A stretch of 64,000 nucleotides of DNA. Origin: Burkholderiales bacterium. GTDB lineage: Bacteria; Patescibacteriota; Minisyncoccia; Phycocordibacterales; UBA9973. The notes beneath the pieces are model-generated. The model made no database searches and had not been told where the DNA came from. It was given only the letters and a program-made list of their open reading frames with translations. Below, piece after piece: positions 56,399 to 64,000 of this stretch; the first letter of the stretch is position 1, and every line of letters starts with the position of its first letter. A program made the translations under genes and the position numbers. The stretch is taken from contig JAMPXW010000001.1 in NCBI GenBank assembly GCA_023701005.1, positions 143,843-207,842 of the forward strand, in the 5' to 3' direction.

Positions 56399-56674
56399 AT
56401 GGCAAAGAAAACAACAAAAGAAAATATAAAGGATGATACACAAAAGAAAGGTAATATCTTGAGTGGTGTTGTGGTGTCAGACAAAATGGACAAGACTATT
56501 GTTGTTTCTGTTTCTCGTTTTGTTAAACATCCTAAATATGGCAAATTTTATAAAATAAATAAAAAATACAAGGCACACGACGAAGAGAACACATTTAAAA
56601 CAGGAGACAAGGTAGAAATAATAGAGACAAAGCCAATATCAAAGGATAAAAAATTTAAAGTAGTAAATAAATAA
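56399..56674 (+). CDS. rpsQ: 30S ribosomal protein S17
   Basis: ..[14 protein letters not shown]...HP.YGK......KY.AHDE.N....GD.V.I.E.KP.SK.K. Confidence 0.85.
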   Translation: MAKKTTKENIKDDTQKKGNILSGVVVSDKMDKTIVVSVSRFVKHPKYGKFYKINKKYKAHDEENTFKTGDKVEIIETKPISKDKKFKVVNK

Positions 56675-56681
56675 TAATTTT

Positions 56682-57053
56682 ATGATTCAAAATGAGACTT
56701 TAGTAAAAATTACAGACAATGCAGGAGGTACCGTAGGTAAGGTATTTAAGATTTTAGGTAGCTCCAAAAAGAGATACGCCACATTGGGTGAGCTTGTCAT
56801 AATATCTGTCAAAATAGCTTCTCCAAGAAAGGCAGTAAAGAAGAAGGACGTTCATCAAGCTGTCGTTGTTCGTACACGAAATGCTTTTAGAAGAAAAGAT
56901 GGATCTTATATTCGTTTTGATGATAACGCTGTCGTTTTATTAGAAAAAGGAAAGCTTGATCCTAAGGCTGGACGTATCTTTGGACCTATTCCAAGAGAGT
57001 TGGCAGAAAAGGGATTTCAGAAGATAATTTCCTTAGCGCCAGAAGTAATATAA
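56682..57053 (+). CDS. rplN: 50S ribosomal protein L14
   Basis: MIQ..T.....DN.G.......I.G......A..G......VK.A.P....KK......VVVRT....RR.DGS.I.FD.NA.V.......P.G.RIFGP..REL. Confidence 0.9.
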   Translation: MIQNETLVKITDNAGGTVGKVFKILGSSKKRYATLGELVIISVKIASPRKAVKKKDVHQAVVVRTRNAFRRKDGSYIRFDDNAVVLLEKGKLDPKAGRIFGPIPRELAEKGFQKIISLAPEVI

Positions 57054-57078
57054 ATACGAACTTAACATATATAAAATT

Positions 57079-57384
57079 ATGAAATTAAAAAAAGGAGACA
57101 ATGTAATAGTGATATCAGGAAAAGATAAAGGCAAGAAAGGAAAGATTGCTAGTGTCTTAGTTGAGAAAAATAGAGTAATCATAGAAGGTATAAATATGAT
57201 GAAGAAACATCAACGCCCTAGAAAGTCTGGCGAAAAAGGAACAAAGATGAACATAGCTATGCCTATTCATGCTTCCAATGTTATGGTTGTAGATTCTAAA
57301 ACAGGGGAGAGAAGTCGAGTAGGAAAGAAGAAAGTAGGAGACAAGATGATTAGAGTCACAAAAAAGAGTGGTCAAGAGATATAG
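57079..57384 (+). CDS. rplX: 50S ribosomal protein L24
   Basis: KOW: KLKKGDNVIVISGKDKGKKGKI....EKNRVI.EG.N..KKH. Confidence 0.85.
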   Translation: MKLKKGDNVIVISGKDKGKKGKIASVLVEKNRVIIEGINMMKKHQRPRKSGEKGTKMNIAMPIHASNVMVVDSKTGERSRVGKKKVGDKMIRVTKKSGQEI

Positions 57385-57424
57385 TAGAAAGTTTATAAAG
57401 TTCATAAAGTTGTAAAGTAAAAAA

Positions 57425-57988
57425 ATGAAACATTTAACTGTAAAAGAAAAAGAAGCATTAGTTTTTGAAAAGATGAAAAGTGAATTTCATTACAAAAACG
57501 TAATGGCAGCACCTAAATTAAAAAAGGTAGTTTTAAACGTTGGTACAGGCACAGCTATAAAGAAAGATAAAAATAAGAATGATGCTATTTCAGAAAGATT
57601 AGCAAAGATCACAGGGCAAAAAGCAGCATTAAGAGGTGCAAAGAAATCTATCGCTTCTTTCAAGGTTCGTCAGAATGATCCTATCGGAGTCGTTGTCACA
57701 TTGCGTGGAAAGAGAATGTATGCATTTTTGGAAAAGCTTGTGAATGTTGCTCTTCCTCGTACCAAAGACTTTCGTGGGATAAACACCAAAGCAGTAGACA
57801 ATATCGGTAATTTAACGATAGGTATCAAAGAACACACAATCTTCCCAGAAACCGCAGACGAAGACATAAAAGATGTTTTTGGTTTGGCTATTACTTTAGT
57901 ATCCACAGCAAAGACAAGAAAAGAAGGATTTAATTTTTACGAATTAATAGGAATTCCTTTCAAGAAGGAAGAACAAAAGAGAAAATAA
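57425..57988 (+). CDS. rplE: 50S ribosomal protein L5
   Basis: ...N.M..PKL.KVV.N.G.G.A..D......A...L..ITGQK......KKSIA.FK.R...PIG..VTLRG..MY.FL.KL.....PR..DFRG. Confidence 0.9.
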   Translation: MKHLTVKEKEALVFEKMKSEFHYKNVMAAPKLKKVVLNVGTGTAIKKDKNKNDAISERLAKITGQKAALRGAKKSIASFKVRQNDPIGVVVTLRGKRMYAFLEKLVNVALPRTKDFRGINTKAVDNIGNLTIGIKEHTIFPETADEDIKDVFGLAITLVSTAKTRKEGFNFYELIGIPFKKEEQKRK

Positions 57989-57993
57989 AAATT

Positions 57994-58024
57994 TTGACCC
58001 CCGAAAGGGGGTTTTGTTTTTTTA
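57994..58024 (+). terminator. Rho-independent terminator after rplE (gacccccgaaagggggtt + T-run)
   Basis: Interrupts the usual rplE-rpsN junction. Confidence 0.7.
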
Positions 58025-58046
58025 CGGAAAGAGATAAAATATTAAA

Positions 58047-58337
58047 ATGGAAGATAATTTAGATTTAGACAAGAATCAAGAATTAAATAGAGCGTTGTTA
58101 GAATTTCAAGTAGACAATATAGAACAAACAAAAAAATCTGTGGAAGTTTCAAGATATGAAGGGGGTTCTAGAATGATTTCTTGGGTTATGAAGATTTTTA
58201 ATATAAAAGAAGAAAAATATGCAAATTATATTTTAATATTTTTTGCTTTAGTTGCCATTTATTTTTCTTTATATTTAGTTTTTGGTAATAATTATACGGG
58301 ATACCCTAATGATATAAAAATAATACCTGCTGTTTAG
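58047..58337 (+). CDS. Small hypothetical protein with C-terminal TM helix, upstream of the pilin gene
   Basis: 96 aa; TM YILIFFALVAIYFSLYLVF; 3-nt gap to the pilin ORF (likely co-transcribed). Confidence 0.35.
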   Translation: MEDNLDLDKNQELNRALLEFQVDNIEQTKKSVEVSRYEGGSRMISWVMKIFNIKEEKYANYILIFFALVAIYFSLYLVFGNNYTGYPNDIKIIPAV

Positions 58338-58340
58338 TAT

Positions 58341-58871
58341 ATGGATAAAAAAAATAATAAAAATAAAGGTTTTACTCTCATTGAACTTTTGGTGGTTGTG
58401 GCTATTATTGGTCTTTTGGCAAGTGTAATTTTATCAAGCTTAAATACTGCGAGGATTAAAGCAAGAGATGCAAAAAGACTATCTGACATGCATCAAATGG
58501 AGATTGCTTTGAGTTTGTATTATAATGCCTATGGAAATTACCCATATTCTGATTATGCTGGGTGTGGAGGATGGGATTCTTCAGGAACCCCAGCTGGAAC
58601 TCCTTCTTTTATTACCCCATTAGTTTCTGAAAAATTTCTGCCTATCAATTTGTTAGATTCTGTAATAAATGATAGTTGTGGTAACTATGCTTATTATCGT
58701 TATTCTGCGGGAGATTATGGTTGTGATTCTTCTCGTGGAGCTTATTATGTTTTAGGAGTGAGAGATATGGAAAGTAGTCCTAATCCATTTCCTAAAAGCC
58801 CTGGCTGGAGTTGTCCATCCAGAAATTGGCAAGGTGAATTTGATTGGGTTACAGGCATGTATGAACAATAA
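58341..58871 (+). CDS. Type IV pilin / pseudopilin (PilA-like) with class III signal peptide
   Basis: Prepilin cleavage/methylation motif KG|FTLIELLVVVAIIGLLASV with E5; Cys pairs in the C-terminal half; 176 aa. Confidence 0.8.
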   Translation: MDKKNNKNKGFTLIELLVVVAIIGLLASVILSSLNTARIKARDAKRLSDMHQMEIALSLYYNAYGNYPYSDYAGCGGWDSSGTPAGTPSFITPLVSEKFLPINLLDSVINDSCGNYAYYRYSAGDYGCDSSRGAYYVLGVRDMESSPNPFPKSPGWSCPSRNWQGEFDWVTGMYEQ

Positions 58872-58877
58872 AATTAT

Positions 58878-58906
58878 TTGACTCTTTGGGGATAATTTGC
58901 TAGTAT
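58878..58906 (+). promoter_or_regulatory. Candidate promoter for the rpsN-secY segment (TTGACT-17-TAGTAT)
   Basis: ttgact at 58878-58883; tagtat at 58901-58906; ~115-nt leader with hairpin before the rpsN ATG at 59022. Confidence 0.4.
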
Positions 58907-59021
58907 AGCAACAAGGGAATTAGGTTTTAAGCAATCCATTTTTCTCCTTGTTTTTTCAAAGGAATTTGAAGAAATAAGAAAAAAAGTGTGATATTGTAAA
59001 ACTCTCCCAACATTATTTTTT

Positions 59022-59207
59022 ATGGCAAAAACATCAGTTATAGCAAGATCAAAAAAGACACCTAAATTTTCTACTCGACAGAAAAATCGATGTTTTCGTT
59101 GCGGAAGAGGTAATGGTTTTATGAGAGATTTCGGCATATGTCGTATTTGCTTTAGAGAATTAGCCAATGAAGGCATGCTTCCTGGTGTCAGAAAGTCTTC
59201 TTGGTAA
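59022..59207 (+). CDS. rpsN: 30S ribosomal protein S14, zinc-binding type Z
   Basis: 61 aa; C..C...C..C (CFRCGR...CRIC). Confidence 0.9.
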   Translation: MAKTSVIARSKKTPKFSTRQKNRCFRCGRGNGFMRDFGICRICFRELANEGMLPGVRKSSW

Positions 59208-59222
59208 AAAATAAATAAATTT

Positions 59223-59609
59223 ATGGATCCAATTTCAAACATGATAATAATGTTAAAGAATGCAAGTCTTGCAAATAAAGAGACTACTTCTTTTCCATAT
59301 TCTAAAATGAAGAATGCTATTTTGGAATGTTTAAAGAAGGAAGGCTACATAAAGCAATTTTCTAAGAAAACAAAAAAAGGATTTCCAGTTTTAGAAGTAG
59401 AATTACTTTACACAGAAAAGAATCCTAAAATCACAGAAGCAGAAAGAGTTTCTAAACAATCAAGACGCGTATATTTCAGCATGAAAGACATTCATTCAGT
59501 TAGAAATGGTTCAGGTTTACTTGTGCTTTCTACACCCAAAGGTATTTTGTCTGGCAGGGAAGCAAGAAAAGAAAATGTCGGAGGTGAAGCTTTATTTAAA
59601 TTGTGGTAA
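59223..59609 (+). CDS. rpsH: 30S ribosomal protein S8
   Basis: DPI.NM....KNA........F.YSK.......L..EGYI..F................G.LVLSTP.GI.....AR...VGGE.L...W. Confidence 0.9.
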   Translation: MDPISNMIIMLKNASLANKETTSFPYSKMKNAILECLKKEGYIKQFSKKTKKGFPVLEVELLYTEKNPKITEAERVSKQSRRVYFSMKDIHSVRNGSGLLVLSTPKGILSGREARKENVGGEALFKLW

Positions 59610-59622
59610 ATAATTAAATTTT

Positions 59623-60156
59623 ATGTCAAGAATAGGAAAACAAGAAATACAAATACCAAATGGAGTACAAGTCACAAAAGCAGGTGATGTTTTAAAAGTT
59701 GTTGGCAAGAATGGTACTTTAACAAAAGTTTTCCGAGATGATGTCATCGTTAATATAAAAGACAAAACAATTACACTAGAAATAAAGAGAAATGATAAGT
59801 TTTCTAAATCTCTTTGGGGTACTTATGCTTCTCATATCAAAAACATGATACAAGGAGTAGAGACACCTTACCAAAAGAAATTGATCTTAGAAGGGGTTGG
59901 TTTCAAATCTGAGGTAAAAGGTAAAGAATTTGTTTTTGCTTTAGGATTTTCTCATCCAGTTGTCGTTAAAATTCCAGAAGGACTCACAGCTACAGCAGAA
60001 AAGAACAATATCACAATCACAGGTATAGATAAAGAATTGGTAGGAAGCTTCACAGCTAGTATCCGTGCTTTGAAAAAAGCAGAACCTTATAAAGGTAAAG
60101 GTATGCGTTATGAAGGAGAAGTTATTAGACGAAAACAAGGTAAGAAAACAGCATAA
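59623..60156 (+). CDS. rplF: 50S ribosomal protein L6
   Basis: MSRIGK..I.IP.GV.V......L.V.G..G.L; second repeat ..GF.HPV...P.GL.......I.I.GIDK..VG..AA.IR......PYKGKG.RY.GE. Confidence 0.9.
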   Translation: MSRIGKQEIQIPNGVQVTKAGDVLKVVGKNGTLTKVFRDDVIVNIKDKTITLEIKRNDKFSKSLWGTYASHIKNMIQGVETPYQKKLILEGVGFKSEVKGKEFVFALGFSHPVVVKIPEGLTATAEKNNITITGIDKELVGSFTASIRALKKAEPYKGKGMRYEGEVIRRKQGKKTA

Positions 60157-60161
60157 AAAAT

Positions 60162-60503
60162 ATGATTAAGAAAGATGAAAAAAGAATAAGATTAAAAGCA
60201 AAGATAAGATCAAAAGTTTTTGGTACTTTGGCTCGTCCTCGTCTTTCTGTATTTCGTTCAAACAAATTTATTTATGCTCAAGTTATAAACGATGAGACAG
60301 GAAAGACATTAGTACAAGCAAGTGATGTAAAAATAACAAAAGGCACCAAGACAGAAAGAGCTAAGCAAGTAGGCAAATTGATTGCAGAAGCATGTGCTTC
60401 AGCCAAAGTAAGTACTGTAGTTTTTGATAGAAATGGATTTAAATATACAGGACGTATCAAATTAGTAGCAGATGAAGCTAGGGCTGCTGGTCTTAAATTT
60501 TAA
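60162..60503 (+). CDS. rplR: 50S ribosomal protein L18
   Basis: ...R..R...........RPRL.VFRSNK.IYAQ.I.D..G.TL..AS......K......A..VG..IA.....A....VVFDR.G..Y.GR.....ARAAGL.F. Confidence 0.9.
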   Translation: MIKKDEKRIRLKAKIRSKVFGTLARPRLSVFRSNKFIYAQVINDETGKTLVQASDVKITKGTKTERAKQVGKLIAEACASAKVSTVVFDRNGFKYTGRIKLVADEARAAGLKF

Positions 60504-60516
60504 TATTTGAAATTAT

Positions 60517-61065
60517 ATGGAAGAAGAAAACAAAAAAAAGAATAATAATCGAAGATCGCAATCATTCAATAGACCAAAGCCAGAATTTGATCAAAAGATT
60601 TTGAATATTCGTCGAGTCACTCGTGTTGTCGCTGGAGGAAGAAGATTTTCTTTTAGTGTTGCATTAGTTGCCGGAGATAAAAAGGGTGCTATCGGGCTTG
60701 GCTTGGGTAAAGCAGGAGATACTTCTCTAGCTATAAACAAAGCTTTGAGAAATGCAAAGAAGAACATGGTCAGATTAAATCTTACAAAGACAATGTCTAT
60801 CCCACATGAAGTTTCTGCTAAATTCTCAAGTTCTTACGTAATGTTGAAGCCAAATAAAGGAAGAGGTTTAGTAGCAGGTACCGTTTTACGTGATATCGCT
60901 AAACTAGCCGGCATCAAAGATATTACAGGCAAGATATTGTCTGGTAGTAAAAATAAATTAAATAATGCCAAAGCAGTGATGCAAGCTCTTTCTCAAGTTT
61001 CATCTAAATATACAAAAGTAGTCGTTGAGAATGTAATTGCTGGAGAAGTAAAAGAAGTAAAATAA
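60517..61065 (+). CDS. rpsE: 30S ribosomal protein S5 with N-terminal basic extension
   Basis: ...I.RV.RVV.GGRRF.FS.L.V.GD..G..G.G.GKA......A..KA...AKKN. Confidence 0.9.
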   Translation: MEEENKKKNNNRRSQSFNRPKPEFDQKILNIRRVTRVVAGGRRFSFSVALVAGDKKGAIGLGLGKAGDTSLAINKALRNAKKNMVRLNLTKTMSIPHEVSAKFSSSYVMLKPNKGRGLVAGTVLRDIAKLAGIKDITGKILSGSKNKLNNAKAVMQALSQVSSKYTKVVVENVIAGEVKEVK

Positions 61066-61069
61066 TTTT

Positions 61070-61381
61070 ATGCAAATACATAATTTAAAAAGAGTACATA
61101 AGAATAAAAAAGATAGAATAGTAGGACGTGGAGGTAAGCACGCCAAGACTTCTGGAAGAGGAGGCAAGGGGCAGACAGCTCGTGCAGGTAACAAGCGCCG
61201 ACCTGAACTTCGTGATATCATTAAGAAGTTGCCAAAGAACAGAGGATATCAATTCAATTCTATCCGTAAGCCATATCTTGTAACTAAAGAGAAGGCTCTT
61301 TCAAAAGATGGTAATGTAGAGACATTTTCTTTAATGAGAAAACGTTTAAACATAAAAGGAGGTAAGATAAAAGTTAAATAA
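61070..61381 (+). CDS. rplO: 50S ribosomal protein L15 (short form); no L30 gene between rpsE and rplO
   Basis: ...L......K...R.GRG...G.T.GRG.KGQ..R.G; position. Only a 4-nt gap to rpsE, so rpmD is absent here. Confidence 0.7.
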   Translation: MQIHNLKRVHKNKKDRIVGRGGKHAKTSGRGGKGQTARAGNKRRPELRDIIKKLPKNRGYQFNSIRKPYLVTKEKALSKDGNVETFSLMRKRLNIKGGKIKVK

Positions 61382-61417
61382 TTAAGTAGTTAACAAACTA
61401 CAGACAACGAATTAACT

Positions 61418-62689
61418 ATGCAAAATTTCTTGAATAAAATAAAACTAGTTTGGAGTGATACTGTTTTGAGAAAAAGAGTTTTGTTTGTGCTTTTTGCTTT
61501 AGTACTTTTCAGATTACTCTCAGCTATTCCTATCCCAGGGATTGATACTTTGGAACTTAGTCGTTTCTTATCTAACAATCAATTTTTTGGTATTTTAAAT
61601 ATATTTTCAGGTGGTGGACTTTCTAACTTGTCTATAATAATGCTTGGAGTTGGTCCATACATCACTAGTTCTATCATAATGCAACTTTTGACTATCATGG
61701 TTCCTGCATTAAAGAGAATTTATCATGAAGAAGGAGAAGCAGGAAGAAAAAGATTTACACAATATTCTAGATTAGCTACAGTGCCTTTGGCAGCTATACA
61801 AGGTTTCAGTCTTTTAGCTATATTAGAAAGTCAGAAAATTTTAGTTAACTTAAGTGCTTTTGATAGAGTAAGTAACATAATGATCGTCATTGCAGGTTCC
61901 ATACTTTTGATGTGGCTTGGAGAACTCATGACAGAATTCGGCATAGGCAATGGAGTTTCCTTAATAATCTTTGCAGGTATAGTATCTCAAATACCTTCAG
62001 AAGTTAGTCAACTTATATTTACATTTGACGTTTCTCAAATACCATTATTCTTGATGTTCTTGGTAGTGGGAGTTTTGGTTATTGCCGGTGTCGTCATCGT
62101 CACAGAAGCAGAACGTCCAATACCTGTGACATATGCAAAGCGTGTGAGAGGTATGAAGATGTATGGAGGAGGGTCAACCTACATTCCATTACGTGTGAAC
62201 CAAGCAGGAGTCATTCCTATAATCTTTGCACTTTCTCTTTTGCTTTTCCCTCAAATGATTGGTAACTTTTTAGCAAATTCTACGAATTCTATTTTACTTT
62301 CGATTTCTAAAGTATTGATGTCATTTACACAGACGAGTGTGCTTTATGCAGTTTTGTATTTTATATTAGTATTTTTATTTACTTATTTTTACACTGCTGT
62401 TACTTTTGATCCTGAAGCTTTAGCTACAAATCTACAAAAGAATGGTGCATTTATTCCAGGCATTCGTCCAGGAGCTTCTACATCTCAATATATATCAAAC
62501 GTTTTGAGTCGCATTACTCTTTTGGGAGCAGTCTTCTTAGGTTTCATCGCAGTCTTGCCTTTGGTCGTGAGATCTCTCACAGGTATCACAGCTATAGCCC
62601 TAGGGGGTACAGCACTCCTTATCGTTGTTTCTGTAGTTCTTGATTTGATCAAAAAAATCGACGCCCAAATCTCAATGAGAGAATACTAA
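61418..62689 (+). CDS. secY: Preprotein translocase subunit SecY
   Basis: 10 TM; ...RKR..FT...L...R.....P.PGID; ..GVG.YI.SSII.QLL; ...GNG.SLIIF.GI. Confidence 0.95.
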   Translation: MQNFLNKIKLVWSDTVLRKRVLFVLFALVLFRLLSAIPIPGIDTLELSRFLSNNQFFGILNIFSGGGLSNLSIIMLGVGPYITSSIIMQLLTIMVPALKRIYHEEGEAGRKRFTQYSRLATVPLAAIQGFSLLAILESQKILVNLSAFDRVSNIMIVIAGSILLMWLGELMTEFGIGNGVSLIIFAGIVSQIPSEVSQLIFTFDVSQIPLFLMFLVVGVLVIAGVVIVTEAERPIPVTYAKRVRGMKMYGGGSTYIPLRVNQAGVIPIIFALSLLLFPQMIGNFLANSTNSILLSISKVLMSFTQTSVLYAVLYFILVFLFTYFYTAVTFDPEALATNLQKNGAFIPGIRPGASTSQYISNVLSRITLLGAVFLGFIAVLPLVVRSLTGITAIALGGTALLIVVSVVLDLIKKIDAQISMREY

Positions 62690-63258
62690 TTTTCTTTTAT
62701 CCAACTTTTATATTTTGAAACGATAATATTAACAACCTCCTCGAGGTTGTTTTTGTTTGTGTCTATGATTAGATCAAATTTATTTTTATCTGTATTATCT
62801 ATTTTATATAAATTCCAGTATCTTTTTTGTTCACTTTCAAAACGTTCTGTCATTTTTTCATAAACTTCTTCAATTGTAGAAACTTTTTCACTTTTTTGTC
62901 TTAGGCTATCGTTTTTAATACTTTCTAAGATTCTATTTTTTGCTATTTCTTTGGGTAAATCTAGGTATACTTTGAAAGATTCTGGTATCCAGTGATATGC
63001 AGTACGTGAGTCTATAACTATTTTATTTTTATCATTCAAATCTCTTAATTTTTGATCAGTCATCTCATCTATTTTTTTGTCAGTTTCTGCTCTTTTATTT
63101 ATTTCATTTATAGATAGACCTAATTCTAATCCTACTTGTCGAAAAAAGTCTCCAGATGAAAAATGATCATATCCCAAGATTTGAGCTACTTTTTTAGCCG
63201 TGCTTGATTTTCCACTTCCTAATCCTCCGCATATAGTTATTATCTCTTTTTTCACCAT
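62686..63258 (-). CDS. cmk: Cytidylate kinase, short archaeal-like form (about 190 aa)
   Basis: P-loop ITICGGLGSGKSS..KKVA..LG..H.SSG..FR; lid/NMP-binding regions; oriented opposite to secY/adk and overlapping the secY stop by 4 nt. Confidence 0.6.
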   Translation of the reverse strand: MVKKEIITICGGLGSGKSSTAKKVAQILGYDHFSSGDFFRQVGLELGLSINEINKRAETDKKIDEMTDQKLRDLNDKNKIVIDSRTAYHWIPESFKVYLDLPKEIAKNRILESIKNDSLRQKSEKVSTIEEVYEKMTERFESEQKRYWNLYKIDNTDKNKFDLIIDTNKNNLEEVVNIIVSKYKSWIKEN

Positions 63259-63317
63259 TTTATTATAATAGCATATCAAGGCTTGTTTTTTAAGCTTAAA
63301 TTTTGTATTCTTAAGTT

Positions 63318-63905
63318 ATGAAAAGTGAAACTTTTGTATTTTTTGGACAAGTGGGTTCTGGAAAGGGCACACAAGTAGAGCTCTTGGCTAAAGTCTTAAA
63401 AGAAAGAGACGGTAAAGAAGTCGTTCAGACTTCTACAGGCAATGAATATAGGAAGCTTATAGAAGGAGGCACCTATGTGGGGTCTTTGGTTAAAGATTCT
63501 ATAACTAGAGGTGAATTACAGCCAAATTTCTTAACTAATGCTATTTTTACAAATATTTTGAATGCTTCTTTAACCCCCGACAAACATCTAATAGCTGATG
63601 GATACCCTCGCACCATAGTCCAAGCAGAGACATTTGAGGAGATGATTTCTTTTTTCAAAAGAGAAGATGTAAATATTATCTACATAGAAGTAGGTAAAGA
63701 AGAAGCAGTAAAAAGAATGAAATTGCGTAATAGACATGACGACACAGAAGAAGGCATAGCAAAAAGATTTAATGAATATATCAATAATGTAGTTCCAGCG
63801 ATGAATTATTTTAAAGATAAAGAAAATTATAAAATATATATTATTAATGGTGAACAAACTGTAGAAGAAGTTCACAAAGATATTGTTAAAGCTTTGAATT
63901 TTTAA
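63318..63905 (+). CDS. adk: Adenylate kinase (short, zinc-less lid)
   Basis: P-loop FFGQVGSGKGTQ; ...G.L.P....................I.DGYPRT..QAE; ...R..D; 195 aa. Confidence 0.85.
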   Translation: MKSETFVFFGQVGSGKGTQVELLAKVLKERDGKEVVQTSTGNEYRKLIEGGTYVGSLVKDSITRGELQPNFLTNAIFTNILNASLTPDKHLIADGYPRTIVQAETFEEMISFFKREDVNIIYIEVGKEEAVKRMKLRNRHDDTEEGIAKRFNEYINNVVPAMNYFKDKENYKIYIINGEQTVEEVHKDIVKALNF

Positions 63906-63910
63906 TATTT

Positions 63911-64000
63911 ATGACCAAAGAAGAGATCATCATTATTTCATTAGGAGGCTCGTTAATTATCCCTGATGATATAGATGTTGATTTTTTGAAAGATTTTAAA
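63911..64000 (+). CDS. pyrH: Archaeal-type uridylate kinase (PyrH), N-terminal 30 aa only (runs off window)
   Basis: MTKEEIIIISLGGSLIIPDDIDVDFLKDFK resembles the archaeal UMPK N-terminus ([22 protein letters not shown]-type). Confidence 0.5.
   Translation, partial: MTKEEIIIISLGGSLIIPDDIDVDFLKDFK

Overview
This window is AT-rich and densely coded, with short intergenic spacers and many Patescibacteria (CPR)-like traits: ribosomal proteins with lysine-rich extensions, no rpmD between rpsE and rplO, no rplA after rplK, a type-Z S14, type IV pilus genes, and archaeal-type cmk/pyrH beside adk. The first ~30 kb is mostly accessory: surface proteins, an ECF-sigma/efflux operon, tRNA-linked selfish genes and a pair of unassignable cysteine-rich proteins. 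The last ~27 kb is the rpsL–tuf–S10–spc–secY–adk core, broken into separate units by inserted genes.

Genes I could assign:
- DNA repair: uvrA (3' end), uvrC, mutM, ruvA, ruvX.
- RNA modification and translation factors: two SpoU methyltransferases, RsuA-like and RluA-family pseudouridine synthases, tsaE/tsaC, rpsT, cspA-like, secE-nusG-rplK.
- Envelope and surface: a ~1060-aa surface protein with thrombospondin type-1 repeats; an ECF sigma / putative anti-sigma pair followed by a MacAB-type efflux operon and further secreted proteins; pilMNO; a PilA-type pilin sitting inside the ribosomal cluster.
- Other core metabolism: NRAMP transporter, murB, FKBP, SIMPL protein, SDR oxidoreductase, PduO-type adenosyltransferase, DEAD-box helicase, metallophosphoesterase, rpmB, M50-like protease.
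- Ribosomal core: rpsL-rpsG-fusA-tuf-S10/spc-secY-cmk-adk-pyrH.

Seven tRNAs are present: Arg-GCG, Ser-TGA, Val-TAC, Arg-TCT, Leu-GAG, His-GTG (tRNA-Arg(GCG) counted once, see features).

The most unusual things, in rough order of interest:
1. Two families of short GC-rich hairpin elements inserted in frame into uvrC and the RluA gene, in the manner of Rickettsia palindromic elements.
2. A tandem pair of ~560-aa cysteine-rich paralogs with no recognisable family; their ends are near-identical at the DNA level while the middles have diverged.
3. A tRNA-bracketed segment carrying a cytoplasmic trypsin-like protease, an HNH endonuclease, a small membrane protein with a bacterial PH-like domain and ~550 bp with no ORF.
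4. A free-standing LAGLIDADG homing endonuclease ending 2 bp before tRNA-Leu.
5. A phage-like dTTP module (dCMP deaminase, gp1-like dNMP kinase, fused tandem ThyX whose two halves keep complementary motif sets) plus two unknown genes where rplA is expected.
6. The S10/spc cluster split by inserted genes with their own terminators and promoters.

No CRISPR array, rRNA gene, integrase or transposase was seen. Everything here is read from the sequence and motifs by eye. Nothing has been checked against a database.
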